A stretch of 63,293 bases of DNA, the filler included, from Octopus bimaculoides (Eukaryota): assembly GCF_001194135.2 (NCBI RefSeq). It is 8 parts of 8 records of this genome, joined end to end, with 100 filler letters (N's around TTAATTAATTAA, not from the genome) between each part and the next. Parts side by side here need not be neighbours in the genome. Positions count along the whole stretch, not along the records: positions 38,214 to 56,448 come from NC_068996.1; positions 56,549 to 59,156 come from NC_068987.1; positions 59,257 to 61,212 come from NC_068992.1; positions 61,313 to 63,293 come from NW_026344315.1; 4 more parts are not named here. One strand, 5' to 3'. The notes under the pieces are model-generated. The model saw nothing but the letters and a program-made list of their open reading frames with translations. It was not told the origin of the DNA and searched no databases. Position numbers and translations under genes: made by a program. Shown one piece after another: positions 50,100-63,128 of the stretch; position 1 is the first letter of the stretch, and every line of letters starts with the position of its first letter.

Positions 50100-51570
50100 A
50101 ATAAAATGAAATAAAGTAGCTTGCTTACGAACGGCGCATGCGTCGTTAGTTAGTCTGTTGCTTAGTTAGTGTGTTGCTTACAGGGAGAGAAGATGCGAGC
50201 TTCGGCTCCGTGAATAGAAAAAAAAAGAACAAAAAGAGAAGTCTGCAAGATGAATCGCTTTTTTGTCTTCCGAGCTGGGCGGGAATTTATTGTTTTCTTT
50301 TTTTCAGTAAGTTCCTGCCTAGCTCTGGGGCAATTCCGTCTGCCTTAGCGGCTTTAAATTGTAGCTCACTTTAGCGAGCAAAAGTATTGTTCTCGTCTGA
50401 GAATTTTTTGAAAACTTTAGAGTAAAATTCTGTGTGGCGTTTTTTCGCCATATAACGTGTACATTCTGGTGGGCGTATTTCGCTAGAAAAAGTGGTACGC
50501 TGTGGAGTTTACCTAACTGGAGTACTATCGAGAAGAACCCTGACTATTGGATTTTACCTGTTGGAGTATTATACAGAGCGAAGGAGTCTCTGTCTGTTCT
50601 ATTTATGTGCATTGTTTTCTTTTTATTTTTTTCCCCTTCTATTTTTTCTTTCTTTCTACGAAAGGGCAACGAAATTGTGTTCCTCCCGTCGTACTGCGGG
50701 AGGAAATTAATAAGAACCTCTGTATGTGGATTACCACCAGACACCGAGGCAGGTTAGATTGAAGATACCATCCAACGGGGCCTGGCGGATAGCGGGCCCA
50801 GGCTCTTAAATGTAAGGATATCACCGGCGGTCGATTGAGTAGGGTCAAAAGCAATTTTGACCCTGTGGACCTCATCGGCCACAAGAGATCTGGTTTTTCC
50901 AGACTTTTTTTAAATGGCTGGCTGCAGTTATCCGGTCACTCGTGCCTGCAGCCAGGCCACATTAAAAAGGACTGTCTCCAGGACCATGGTAAGGTCCTGG
51001 AACAGTTACTGGAAGCCACCTCCCCTACCCGGTCAAAGGGAGAGGTGGATGTGGTTGAGAAGGCTTCAGTCTTGTCAGCCCAAAAAGGATTAAAAATTAA
51101 GAAAGCGGGCAACAGTGGTTGCCCGCCGAAGTACCCTAAGGCTTCGGGAGGTGGGAGAGAGACTCCGGACAAAGCGCAAGAGCTCCACTCTCCAGAAGTC
51201 AGTAAGAAAAGGAAAAGAAGAAAGAAGAAGAACGGGTCATTGCAGGTGGACGATGATGTGCTGTCTGCATGTCCGAAGTTGTGCTACCCACGTTGGAAGA
51301 AACGACCCCCACCCCTGAAGATGAAGAATTATTTTTATCTTTTCTACAAGAGCGGGGAGTTGGCAAAAATAGTAGAAGAACATAAAGAGATAGTAGATAG
51401 GCCTGCACACGGGATCTCGAATGACCTCCGCAGATATCTGTGGAGGTCATAAGGCTTTCCGTGTGGGGAAAGCTTAAAAGACTTAAAGTGGAATGTCGCA
51501 TATGGCCGGTTGACCCTAACATGACATATGCCTCATGCATGAATGAGTCATAGGAAATGGTGGGGTACGG
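50100..51570 (+). mobile_element. LINE (L1/Tx1-like) 5'UTR plus degenerate ORF1 with a CCHC zinc knuckle
   Basis: CpG-containing segment with broken reading frames. GHSCLQPGHIKKDC is a C-x2-C-x4-H-x4-C knuckle with its first Cys mutated, followed by a basic linker (KKRKRRKKK). No ORF2 is seen. The clade assignment is inference. Confidence 0.5.
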
Positions 51571-51619
51571 AAACTCAAGAGGCACTGAAGATAATGATAG
51601 ATATATTGATGGATATATC

Positions 51620-51691
51620 GACTATAGCATCGGGCCTATCAAAGCCTTGTGAGTGGATTTGGCAGACGGAGTCTGAAAGAAGCCCGTCGTA

Positions 51692-51750
<59 letters not shown>

Positions 51751-52010
51751 NNNNNNNNNNNNNNNNNNNNNNNNNNNNNNNNNNNNNNNNNNNNNNNNNN
51801 NNNNNNNNNNNNNNNNNNNNNNNNNNNNNNNNNNNNNNCCCCCCCCCAACATCGCTTAACACCTGATGTTGGTGTGCTTACTTCCCCGTAACTTAGCGGT
51901 TCGGTAAAAGATATCGATAGAATAAGTACTAGGCTTACAAAGAATAAGTCCTGGCGTCGATTCGCTCGACTAAAAGCGGTGCTCCAGCATGGCCGCAGTC
52001 AAATGACTGA

Positions 52011-52016
<6 letters not shown>
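51620..52016 (+). mobile_element. 12966-type SINE, headless, with internal TA/TG microsatellite and gap
   Basis: ctatagcatcgggcctatcaaagccttgtgagtggatttgg...cccaacatcgctt...ggccgcagtcaaatgactgaaac. Confidence 0.85.
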
Positions 52017-52041
<25 letters not shown>

Positions 52042-52650
52042 CCCACTCACATACACATATATATGTATATACATTTATGTAAATATATATATATATGAAT
52101 ATATACATGTATGTATGTGTGTAACTATGAATATTAATGTACATACTCATATATGTTCGTGTTATGTATGTATATATATATAATCATATGTTTAAACGCA
52201 AGCTCGTATAATTAGCATAATTTTTAGGCGGATAACAAGCATTTGCTTTATTCCACATCACAGCTCTGTCGCTATCAAAACATTGCCAATGTTTTCATCT
52301 ATAATTTTGTATGTTTTTATAGTTTTCATTTGCTGTTGGCAAGGATAGATTGTCGTCATTTAACTAACTTAAGATATAGGTTAGCTTCAAAATGACGTTT
52401 ATATTTGTGCAGTAAATTATGAGACAGCAAATTATATTGCAAATGATTTCATAACTGAAGTTGCTAACAAAATGCTTTAATTTCATTATGCATTTTTCAA
52501 ACATAAGGTTTATGTTAGGTGATTGTGAGATTGTATAACAAGTTAAACTTTTAAAATAATCTACTCTACTTTTCTAACAGGAATATTAACCAAATTACCT
52601 TTTTTAACTTTTGAGAAATTTAAATGCATTTTAATTTGAAACATGATCAT

Positions 52651-52694
<44 letters not shown>

Positions 52695-52768
52695 AATTTC
52701 CTTCATAGGCTCCTGTGCGTCCTGTGGCCCATAATTTAACAGCGGGAATAGATTAATATATGTATATA

Positions 52769-54051
52769 CAAGGTGTCTCAAAATGAAGGCAACCAATTTT
52801 ATTTTTTAGTTTTGCCAAAGAAAAATATTGTTATATTTAGGGTCCGAGCGTTGCAATGAAATGATAAAGGAAACACAATTATGATATCAGCACATTTATT
52901 CGATATGACCACATCTGTTTCGAATTACTGCCTTAAGTCTAGGTGGAAATGCTTCAGTCGCAGCACGCAGCTGTTCTTGTGGAATCGAAACCCTTTCCTG
53001 GTGCAGTTTTGCCTTCAGAGCGTCGAACGAAACATGAGGAGTACCCGAGACCTTCGTCTTCAAAATAGATCAAAAAGAAAAATCCAACGGGTTGATATCG
53101 GGGCTTCTTCAGAGCTATACATCCTTGCCTATCAACGACGGAATGTTTTTCTGAATCCAGTGTTGGAACTGTAGGATTATGCCGAGTCCTGTTGGAAGCT
53201 CCAAGGTGCGTCTTGAAAGTGTTAATTCTCCTATTGAAGCAGTTCAACTTTCAGAATGTCGCTAATGTATCGCTGGTTGTTAATTTTAACACCCGAAGGT
53301 ACAAAAACGTGGTGAGACCTTCCAGTGGCTGTCAAAGCCACGCAGACCATAACTGACTATGGATTTTCACATCGACTTACGAGTCTACTTTCGACGGTGC
53401 CAGATACACTCCAACGTCGTTCATTTTGGTGGTTTACTGTCTGTTCGATGGCAAATTTCTTTTCATCAATGAGCATCAGGTTGCGTGGGCAGCGTGCCTT
53501 CAGCAATCTGAAGCAGGGTAAGATGACTTCTCTCCAGTCTCATAGCCTTATAAACTCGCGTGAACTCATGACGGTGGATCATCTTTTAGAGATGTGTCCT
53601 GCGATTTTTCTTTAGCACTTGCTACATCGATGTTCAGCTTTTTGAATTGCTGTGGCAGCCAGTTTTCTGACGGAACGACGAGAATTCCGCCGTGTCATTT
53701 CTCTCGTACCTTGATAAGCTGAAGGGTCCTCACACTTCACTGTCGGCCACGTCCAGGTCGATCAGCGGTGGAACCAGTCTCTTGAAATTTCTTGACAATT
53801 TTCTAGATTTTTTTTCGATTAATCTTAATATTTTTTGCTATAGCTGTATTTCTGTTGCCTCCATTTGGAGGATTATCATTGTATTTCAGTCCATAACTAT
53901 TACTTAATTTATAAATCTGAATTTATTTAGCCTGAAACAAAAAGAATACACACTAAGCTTTTATAATGATGTGTAATTTTCATATCTTATCACATTTATT
54001 GATAGTTATTAAAGCCTGAAATTTCAGTTGCTTTAATTTCGGGACACCCTG
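52769..54051 (-). mobile_element. Full-length decayed Tc1/mariner transposon (DD37D/maT-like), 1283 bp, TA target duplication
   Basis: TIRs caaggtgtctcaaaatgaaggcaac and (reverse complement) cagggtgtcccgaaattaaagcaac, with TA on both sides. Confidence 0.9.
52896..53860 (-). pseudogene. Mariner-family transposase pseudogene
   Basis: VKKFQETGSTADRPGRGR ... IDEKKFAIEQTVNHQNER ... SVMVCVALT ... FQQDSA ... SPDINPLD ... LKAVIRNRCGHIE*, with many stops and frameshifts. The spacing is compatible with DD37D but obscured by a deletion. Confidence 0.88.
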
Positions 54052-54969
54052 TATATATATATTTATATATATATATATATGTAAGGTTCCACATATTTAT
54101 TTTCTTGCAGTATACTCTGTTATGATCAGCTAGAATTACTGTTTGGCGGTGAACCTTCGGCAAAAATTATGCAAATAATTTTTGCGTCTATGTAGAAATT
54201 TATTAACATACTATTAAGTAGTAAACCCTACATTATGCCCGATCTCTTGGAAAATTAAATACATTCTTCCCTCATGAACTGCTAATTGCGAACGAAATAT
54301 CGTTTCGACACTCAACTCAAAAGTGTTCCCCACCGCCAAAAAAAAAAAAAAAAAAAACACATGCTTTCGTGAGGATAAATATGAATATAATTTAGAATAT
54401 TTATGCATTGATATGGGATTTGACTATTTCAGAAAAAAGTATAAATATTGTTGCGCAAGATTTATCATAATCTATTTCTATTACGATAGAGTTCACACAT
54501 CTGAAAAACCAGAATTTTCCGCTGGACCACCAAAGGAAGTGGATGTTTGCCATATTGCTTAGAATATTGACCATTATGAATAGAGAATGTAACATTCTTT
54601 GAAAGTAATGAAAAGCCGCGGAAAATTTTGTGCACTAAATATATTAAAATAAAACACATTATGAAAATAAATATTTGTTTGATAAGTAAACAATGGAAGC
54701 AAAGCGGAACATTGACAGGCAGATCACAAGTTCAGTGAATTATATTAGATAAAAACAAAGTCTAAAAACCAAAAGATATAGATGAAACCCCCCAATGAAT
54801 CGTAGTTTTCAATTCATTGTATTGTGACATTTATATCAATTCAGGATTTTAGATAAAATGATCCGCCTTTCAATAGAGAATAAACAATCTAATAAACAAA
54901 TACGCATGTATATAAACATTTATCTATATAGGTATGAGCATCTTCAGGTATGTATGTATGTCATGTATG

Positions 54970-55007
<38 letters not shown>

Positions 55008-55082
55008 GGCGCATGTGTATATATGTGTGTATATGTACACACATACATATATATGTATACATACACACACACATATATGTGC

Positions 55083-55116
<34 letters not shown>

Positions 55117-55132
55117 ATGTATATATATGTGA

Positions 55133-55457
55133 ATCCGCATGGCTCAGGGGTTAGAGCGTCGAGCTTACGATCGCGAGGTTGTGCGTTCGAATCCTGGACC
55201 GGGCTGCGTGTTGTGTTCTTGAGCAAGACACTTTATTTCACGTTGCTCCGGTTCACTCAGCTGTAGAAATGAGTTGCGACGTCCAGGTGTATCGGCCCTT
55301 TGCCTTTCCTTTGGATAACATCAGTGGCGTGGAGAGGGGAGGCTGTTTTGCATGGGTGACTGCTGTTCTTCCACAAACGAACTTGCCCGGACTTGTGCCT
55401 GGGAGGGTAACTTTCTAGGTGCAATCCCATGGTCAGTCATGACCGAAAGGGGTCTCC
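55133..55457 (+). mobile_element. Full-length tRNA-derived SINE of a third family, with CORE-like central segment
   Basis: A box tggctcagggg, B box gttcgaatcc, then ttgagcaagacactttatttcacgttgctccggttcactcagctgtagaaatgag (CORE-domain-like, from recall). Confidence 0.8.
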
Positions 55458-55491
55458 GATGTATGTATGTATGTATGTATGTATCTATCTG

Positions 55492-55524
<33 letters not shown>

Positions 55525-57357
55525 ATCGTAATGCAACAGGTGTAAAATATATGTTTCATCATAGAGAAAACGTCATCTCGTTCGATGTTGATGTTGTTAG
55601 TTTGGTTCATCCCATTACAATGGTTTAGAAGGAGACATGTGTTTCACTTGACCATGCTATCTTGTAAGAATATGGAAACTACAGGAGAGATCTTGCATAT
55701 CTCAAGGGCCTTGAGTAGTCAATTATGTGGGACACTGTCAAACGCTTTCCTGTAGTCTATCCATGCCATACTTAGGTTCTTTTGCTCCAGCAATTCTCAA
55801 CAATCTTTTATTTATAAGCAATTTATCTTTGTATCCGTAAGAATTCATTTTACAACTTTTTTGAGCTTGGTGAGGGATACAGCTCTGTTCCAGGAAAGTG
55901 GGGTTTATTTTTTAATCGGACTGAATTTTCTTTTCTTTTCCTGTGTCTGTGTGTCTCATTTCTCTAAAAGAGATTTCTAGTTCTATGACAAAATCTAACC
56001 TTAAAATCTATACGTTGAAGAAGTGCAACAGACAAATACCAGCCAGGCTCCCACACACACACACACGCACACACACAAAGGAAGAAAGCTATGGGAATCT
56101 TTATTTCCTTCCCTCAATCTTTCTTTATGAGAAGACAATATACGGTTTAGATCCATATAATTCTTCGTTCTTCGAAATAGTCAACTCCAATGTTTCTCAA
56201 CTGGGTTCCATATAAGATCTTGAGGTGTCCACACGACAAAATAGTGAATTAGGGAGCCACAATAGTATTTTAAGGGCTTCTGAGAAAAATTTGCTTTAGA
56301 CGTATGTATTGGTATGTATTGAGAGAAACAGCTAGGTTTCTTTCTCTAACATAAACAATCTTTATTCACCAATGCGGTGTTGAGCACTTATTCTCATTGA
56401 TCGACATTTATGTATGTATATATATATGTATGTATATATATATATATANNNNNNNNNNNNNNNNNNNNNNNNNNNNNNNNNNNNNNNNNNNNTTAATTAA
56501 TTAANNNNNNNNNNNNNNNNNNNNNNNNNNNNNNNNNNNNNNNNNNNNTTTATTCATAGTATGTTTATATACATTTGTATGCGTCTGTACATATGAGTTT
56601 GAGTATTTGTGTGTGCTCATATTTTAGGTTTGTATATGATAACCAGTTACATTAACATTGAAAAATCATCTCGTGTTTTAGACTGAAATTTGATATAATT
56701 TTCTTGAGATTTGGAGAAGGGCTTTTATTTCTTCTCTCTGCGTATTTTCTTTTACTTTCTCAATTTCTCTTGTTTCTTACATTTTTTTCTCCTTTTGCTC
56801 TTGATTTTTTTTTTTTTTTTAATTCATTTTTGTTTTATTTTTTTTTTCTTTATTCATTTTTGTTTTTCTGCTGTTTACCTGAGGCTTTTTAAAACCTTAT
56901 CGACAGACACAATTATAATTAATTGATTCGCCTGGAAACTACTGAATCTAATATGATGATGACGCACTCGTCTTTCTCGACACTTTCGGCAAAAGTCAAC
57001 ACCTTCAGAACAGAAGCTGTACAGTGTTGTAATGAAGAACGATCCTTAAGCTATCGATTTCTGTTGACTAGACTACAGTTTACACAGTTCCTGATTATAG
57101 TTGATTAAACCGGCCGCGGGATATGACCATCCAACACGATTCGATAGCGATGTAGAAGAACAAGAGATGAGGTCAGGTGATTTTTTCCCACTGTTGGTAC
57201 AACGCTAATGTTCCCAAAGATATCTGGTTTTTCACCGTTTTTCACTTGTTTCAGTCGTGACCTAGTTGCTTAGCGATTGCAAGATTGTCTATTTCGATTC
57301 CCGGATGAGGTGATGTGATGTGTTCATGATCAATCTATAGCATAAACATGTTATCAC

Positions 57358-57593
57358 GAAGGCGGCGAGATGGCAGAAACGTTAGCACGCCGGGCGAAAT
57401 GCTTAGCGGTATTTCGTCTGCCGCTACGTTCTGAGTTCAAATTCCGCCGAGATCGACTTTGCCTTTCATCCTTTCGGGGTCGATTAGATAAGTACCGGTT
57501 ACGCACTGGGGTCGATATAATCGACTTAATCCGTTTGTCTGTCCTCGTTTGTCCCCTCTATGTTTAGCCCTTTGTGGGCAGTAAAGAAATAAC
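57358..57593 (+). mobile_element. Young full-length SINE (tail A) with a 14-bp TSD
   Basis: aaacatgttatcac at 57344-57357 and 57594-57607. Confidence 0.93.
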
Positions 57594-57914
57594 AAACATG
57601 TTATCACTACAAACAATCCAAATCATTTGCGCAGGTTGTTTCGCAGGAAACTGCAGAAATCTCATTCGTCGTTTGCGACAGAAGAATCCATCTTTGGACT
57701 GCAGCCAGGCCGGGGCACCAGCCTGAGGGATTTAGTCGTCCCCAATACTTATTTTTAAGAACCGATAAATAAAATATCAAGTCCCTTCTTCTACTACCAT
57801 TTACGCTTTGAATTTTTAATAAATATTTAGAAAATACAGAAGGCCTATTTTTTTTATTGCCAGGGCGGATTTTCAGTATATTAAATATAATACAACATAT
57901 GTGCTACAATATTG

Positions 57915-58124
57915 TTTTCTACTCTGGACACAAGGCCTGAAATTTTGTGGGAAGGGGGCCAATCGACCCCAGTACACAACTGGTACTTATTTAATCGACC
58001 CCGAAAGGATGAAAGGCAAGGTCGACCTCGGCGGAATTTGAACTCAGAACGTAAGGATAGACCAAATGCCGCTAAGCATTTTGTCCGGCGTGCTAACGCT
58101 TCTGCCAGCACACCGCCTTCATAA
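57915..58124 (-). mobile_element. Full-length SINE (same head and body, tail B) with a 14-bp TSD
   Basis: gtgctacaatattg at 57901-57914 and 58125-58138. Confidence 0.93.
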
Positions 58125-58945
58125 GTGCTACAATATTGACAAAACATATCTATCAGTGATATGGGTTAGTGATAATTATACGACATTATAATTCCAGTCT
58201 ATGTATATTATAAACCTCACGATATAACACGTATGTCCATCTGGTTTTAAACATGAAGGATAATATTTAAACATTATGGTGTCTAAAAATTTACAAACAC
58301 TCACATATATGGAGGTGCGTGTGTGCGTATGCATGTGTGTGTGTGAGCGAGAGAGAGAGATAGGGAGAAAGAGAGAGAGGGACATACAACTTACAATATT
58401 CATTTGGAAAATCATAAATATTGCAATTTTGTCGTCCTATAAAATTTTATATTTGCAGTTTATTCAGTAAATGTCTGCGCATGTGCAGTGTAATTATAAA
58501 GAAAGAACAAAAAAAACATAAAAAATACTCTTAAAGCCCTTTTGTCTCTTGAAAGACGTTAATATAATTGAAGTTGACCATAAAATTCAAAGTTATCCCT
58601 GTTAGCGTCCAATTCAAAATATTTTAGTTCATAATGACTTATAATTTGAAAAGTATGAAACTTAATTTGATCAAAACACGTTAGAAGGAAACTAGACAGT
58701 CATACGAAATCTTATTAAAATGAAATTAATATCTCTTCATCGTCAGCCTTAAAACCTACGATAATCTATGTCTTATAGGCATATGACCTTGAATAGAGAT
58801 TTGAGACGATCATTTTTATTCTTTAAGATGGCTCTGTTCTTCATTAAATATGGTTTATTCAGTTTCTCTTTTTCCTGTTATCCTTTAGTACAAAATGTTC
58901 TTTATTAACCTTTTGCCTATCTTCTTCTTCTTCTTCTTCTTCTTC

Positions 58946-58989
<44 letters not shown>

Positions 58990-58990
58990 G

Positions 58991-59032
<42 letters not shown>

Positions 59033-59050
59033 TTGTTGTTGTTGTTGTTG

Positions 59051-59156
59051 TTCAGTAGTTTTATTTTTATAACGTGCTTTCACTTCACTACCGAGCTGGC
59101 AGAAACGTTAGCACGCCGGGCGAAATGCTTAGCGGTATTTCGTCTGCCGTTACGTT
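59051..59156. mobile_element. Chimeric junction: Dong family-A 3'UTR tip (minus, 59051-59096) fused to a SINE head (plus, 59092-59156)
   Basis: ttcagtagttttatttttataacgtgctttcacttcactacCGAGCtggcagaaacgttagcacg; the CGAGC is shared by both elements. Confidence 0.88.
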
Positions 59157-59347
59157 NNNNNNNNNNNNNNNNNNNNNNNNNNNNNNNNNNNNNNNNNNNN
59201 TTAATTAATTAANNNNNNNNNNNNNNNNNNNNNNNNNNNNNNNNNNNNNNNNNNNNAATATGCTTCACCCATTTTTTGACAAGGAAATAATAATTTTATC
59301 ACCGCCAGAATCGTTTGAGAATCGTTTGTTACGTAGTCAGCACTTAC

Positions 59348-59375
59348 TGCATTCGGCTGAATGGCCGTCAGTCAT
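59348..59375 (-). CDS. Weak candidate first exon, MTDGHSAEC, with phase-1 donor
   Basis: caacctATGACTGACGGCCATTCAGCCGAATGCA|gtaagtg. Confidence 0.2.
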
Positions 59376-60245
59376 AGGTTGAAATTACAGAAATACGACA
59401 ACTTTAACATGAAATAAGCTGCAATATAATAATTTTTGTTAAGAAGACTAAGAGAAAAAGATGTTTTATATGACACATTCTACCAGTGTCCCAAGTTTCA
59501 AAGTGTTTCGTTAAGAAAATACTGGCGCCCCCGTTTTGAACTAGATCCCCTGTGAGTATGTGTGTGTGTGTGTGTAAGAGAGAGTGAATGTGTGTGTGTG
59601 TATGTGTGTATGTATGTGTGTGTAAAGAGAGAGAGAGAGGGAGATCGTAATATCTAAAAGTAAGGTCCAAGAATCAGGGTGTAGGAAGTTAGTAGGCTTC
59701 AATCAGCCCATAGAAAGTATAAAAATCAACTTTCAGGAACCTTAGTGGTTTATTGACGTACAACGTTGTAAATTCTTCTCGTTTCGAAGTTCTATAAGCT
59801 GAAAAAAGTTATTTTATAGTTCACGATTAGCAGCTGAGGTTGTTGTATATATACGAATAAAAACTGAAATATAAGGACTAGGCTACATATGCTTCGTAGC
59901 TAGTAGAATCTCGGAAGTAATAATTGCCCAAACAAGGGATAATCCGCTAGCTACTCATTGGGCCAAAGACACCTTAGTCAATTGGAGGTTATGTTGTGGT
60001 AAAGGGATTCTATGTTAACTCGCAGAGAAATTAATCGAAAATGCGTGGAAAGTAAAGTGAGAGAACAAAAGGGAAATCATTTATATGAAGAAATAGAGTA
60101 GGCTTTCCACCACATTTCGTCAATCAGTTCATTGGTAATATGAATCCCGATTGTCATATGTTCAGTTTTATTGGTTTCAGGAATATCGTTTCTAACAGGC
60201 TTATCTTCATTTTTTCCATTCCCATGTCTTCCACTGAAAACCTAC

Positions 60246-60348
60246 ATAAGATATATTCATTAGAAGCCGAAAGGTTGGACAAACTCCTCGCAAAAGGAGA
60301 AGATCTCTTGTATTCATAATGTACCTCAATCGAATACATTTTGTTCAT
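60246..60348 (-). CDS. Weak candidate first exon, [34 protein letters not shown], with phase-1 donor
   Basis: Open 34 codons from ATG to tat|gtaggt, second ATG in caaaATG context, repeat-free surroundings. No homology recognised. Confidence 0.25.
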
Positions 60349-60702
60349 GCTAAAACAATCGCAATCTCAATTTTATTCGGGTTCATGTAAACGTTAAGTC
60401 TACAGTTTCTAATCTCTGGAAGCCAAAACAATACAACTATAAAGAATAGACTTAACAGGACAATTACATTTGACTTCCATTTCATCTCTAAATGTTCAGA
60501 AAAGTCAGAACAAACAGTAATATGTAAATGTAAGGACGAAGGTGTAGGAATTTATAAGCTTCTTGCCAAGCATTTTCGATCAAATCTACTGCGAGTTAAC
60601 ATGGAATCCTAGACGACAATGTAACCTGCAGTTGACTAAGGTATCTTTGGCATATAAATAAAAAGGTGTGAGTGCGACATAAGTAGTTAATAAGAATACC
60701 AA

Positions 60703-60745
<43 letters not shown>

Positions 60746-61941
60746 AGTTTATCATTTCTGTATATCTGTGCATGTCTAGATATGCATGAGAATGCATTCC
60801 TACAACGAAATATACAAATCTGCACATGCATTGACTGCAAATACTGCACATATACACACGTATATGAAAAAATACCCTATTGATGTTGAAATTTCATCCA
60901 AGGCACCTTGGATGAAGGGTAGAAAACGCCTCTTTGTCTATTGGCAAGAAACTTTGAAATGAAACTGAATAACACATACATACATAAATAAATAAATAAA
61001 TAAATACATACATACATACATACGTACCTACATGCATTCATATATACATACATACATTATCTTCCCTGTATTAAATTCATTTAGCGTTTATTTAGCTTGT
61101 TTTCTTACATTTTCAAACGTTCAAAGGATAGTGTTTATATTGGCTATATTATGCCAGATTCCATATTTTGCATGACAGACACATCAAATATATATATATA
61201 TATATATATATANNNNNNNNNNNNNNNNNNNNNNNNNNNNNNNNNNNNNNNNNNNNTTAATTAATTAANNNNNNNNNNNNNNNNNNNNNNNNNNNNNNNN
61301 NNNNNNNNNNNNCACACACACCTGCACATTCATACACACACAAGTACAGAACAGTGACACACTCACACACGCTGCCACGCAAACAGGCACGCGTGACACA
61401 CACCACACTACACAACACCGCATAACATACCACAACATCAAGTCAAAAACATCGTTCACCTTGCAACAAAATCTATCACACACAAACACACACACAAACA
61501 CAAACGCACACACATACAGATGCACATACATTGGCGGAGAGAAACACATAAACACAAAAACAAAAAAATAAACACATAACAAAACACACCATCTCTATAT
61601 GTTAAATTGCATGTGTCGACAAGCATATGCGGAGTGTATATAAAGCATACATCTAAATACATACACATATACATACCTATATACATATACATATATATAC
61701 ATACATATATATACACACATATATATATATATATATATATACATACATATATACATACATACGTGCGTACGTACGTAGGAACGTGCGTCCATACATACTT
61801 TCACACATATACATACATATATATACATACAAGTATTATTTGTACATACACAGAAATACACACATCAAAGGAAGGATATATTTGTACCCACATTTCATCG
61901 GCTATACTCTATACATATATTGTACAATATAATATTATTAC

Positions 61942-61994
<53 letters not shown>

Positions 61995-62775
61995 CATNNN
62001 NNNNNNNNNNNNNNNNNNNNNNNNNNNNNNNNNNNNNNNNNNNNNNNNNNNNNNNNNNNNNNNNNNNNNNNNNNNNNNNNNNNNNNNNNNNNNNNNNNNN
62101 NNNNNNNNNNNNNNNNNNNNNNNNNNNNNNNNNNNNNNNNNNNNNNNNNNNNNNNNNNNNNNNNNNNNNNNNNNNNNNNNNNNNNNNNNNNNNNNNNNNN
62201 NNNNNNNNNNNNNNNNNNNNNNNNNNNNNNNNNNNNNNNNNNNNNNNNNNNNNNNNNNNNNNNNNNNNNNNNNNNNNNNNNNNNNNNNNNNNNNNNNNNN
62301 NNNNNNNNNNNNNNNNNNNNNNNNNNNNNNNNNNNNNNNNNNNNNNNNNNNNNNNNNNNNNNNNNNNNNNNNNNNNNNNNNNNNNNNNNNNNNNNNNNNN
62401 NNNNNNNNNNNNNNNNNNNNNNNNNNNNNNNNNNNNNNNNNNNNNNNNNNNNNNNNNNNNNNNNNNNNNNNNNNNNNNNNNNNNNNNNNNNNNNNNNNNN
62501 NNNNNNNNNNNNNNNNNNNNNNNNNNNNNNNNNNNNNNNNNNNNNNNNNNNNNNNNNNNNNNNNNNNNNNNNNNNNNNNNNNNNNNNNNNNNNNNNNNNN
62601 NNNNNNNNNNNNNNNNNNNNNNNNNNNNNNNNNNNNNNNNNNNNNNNNNNNNNNNNNNNNNNNNNNNNNNNNNNNNNNNNNNNNNNNNNNNNNNNNNNNN
62701 NNNNNNNNNNNNNNNNNNNNNNNNNNNNNNNNNNNNNNNNNNNNNNNNNNNNNNNNNNNNNNNNNNNNNNNNNNN

Positions 62776-62851
<76 letters not shown>

Positions 62852-63090
62852 TACATATATATATGTATACACACATATGTATATATACACATGCATATAT
62901 ATATAATATATATCTAAGTACATGAATGTATATATACTATGTAAGGATGTGTATGTTAAAAACTAGTTCGTATATAAATTTATATCTATCTGCATACATA
63001 TATGTGAGTGTATATATGTATATATATATGATGTGCGTGTAGGGGTGTGGATGAGCGTGTGTGCATGTATACAATATATGCACAGACGCA

Positions 63091-63128
<38 letters not shown>

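Noticed and set aside
50835-51452. 205-aa ORF as a host gene
   Set aside because: It lies within a frameshifted retroelement ORF1 and has a mutated knuckle.
55133-55200. tRNA-like sequence (also at 8551, 12966, 57358)
   Set aside because: The A and B boxes continue into SINE bodies and no complete cloverleaf or acceptor stem forms.
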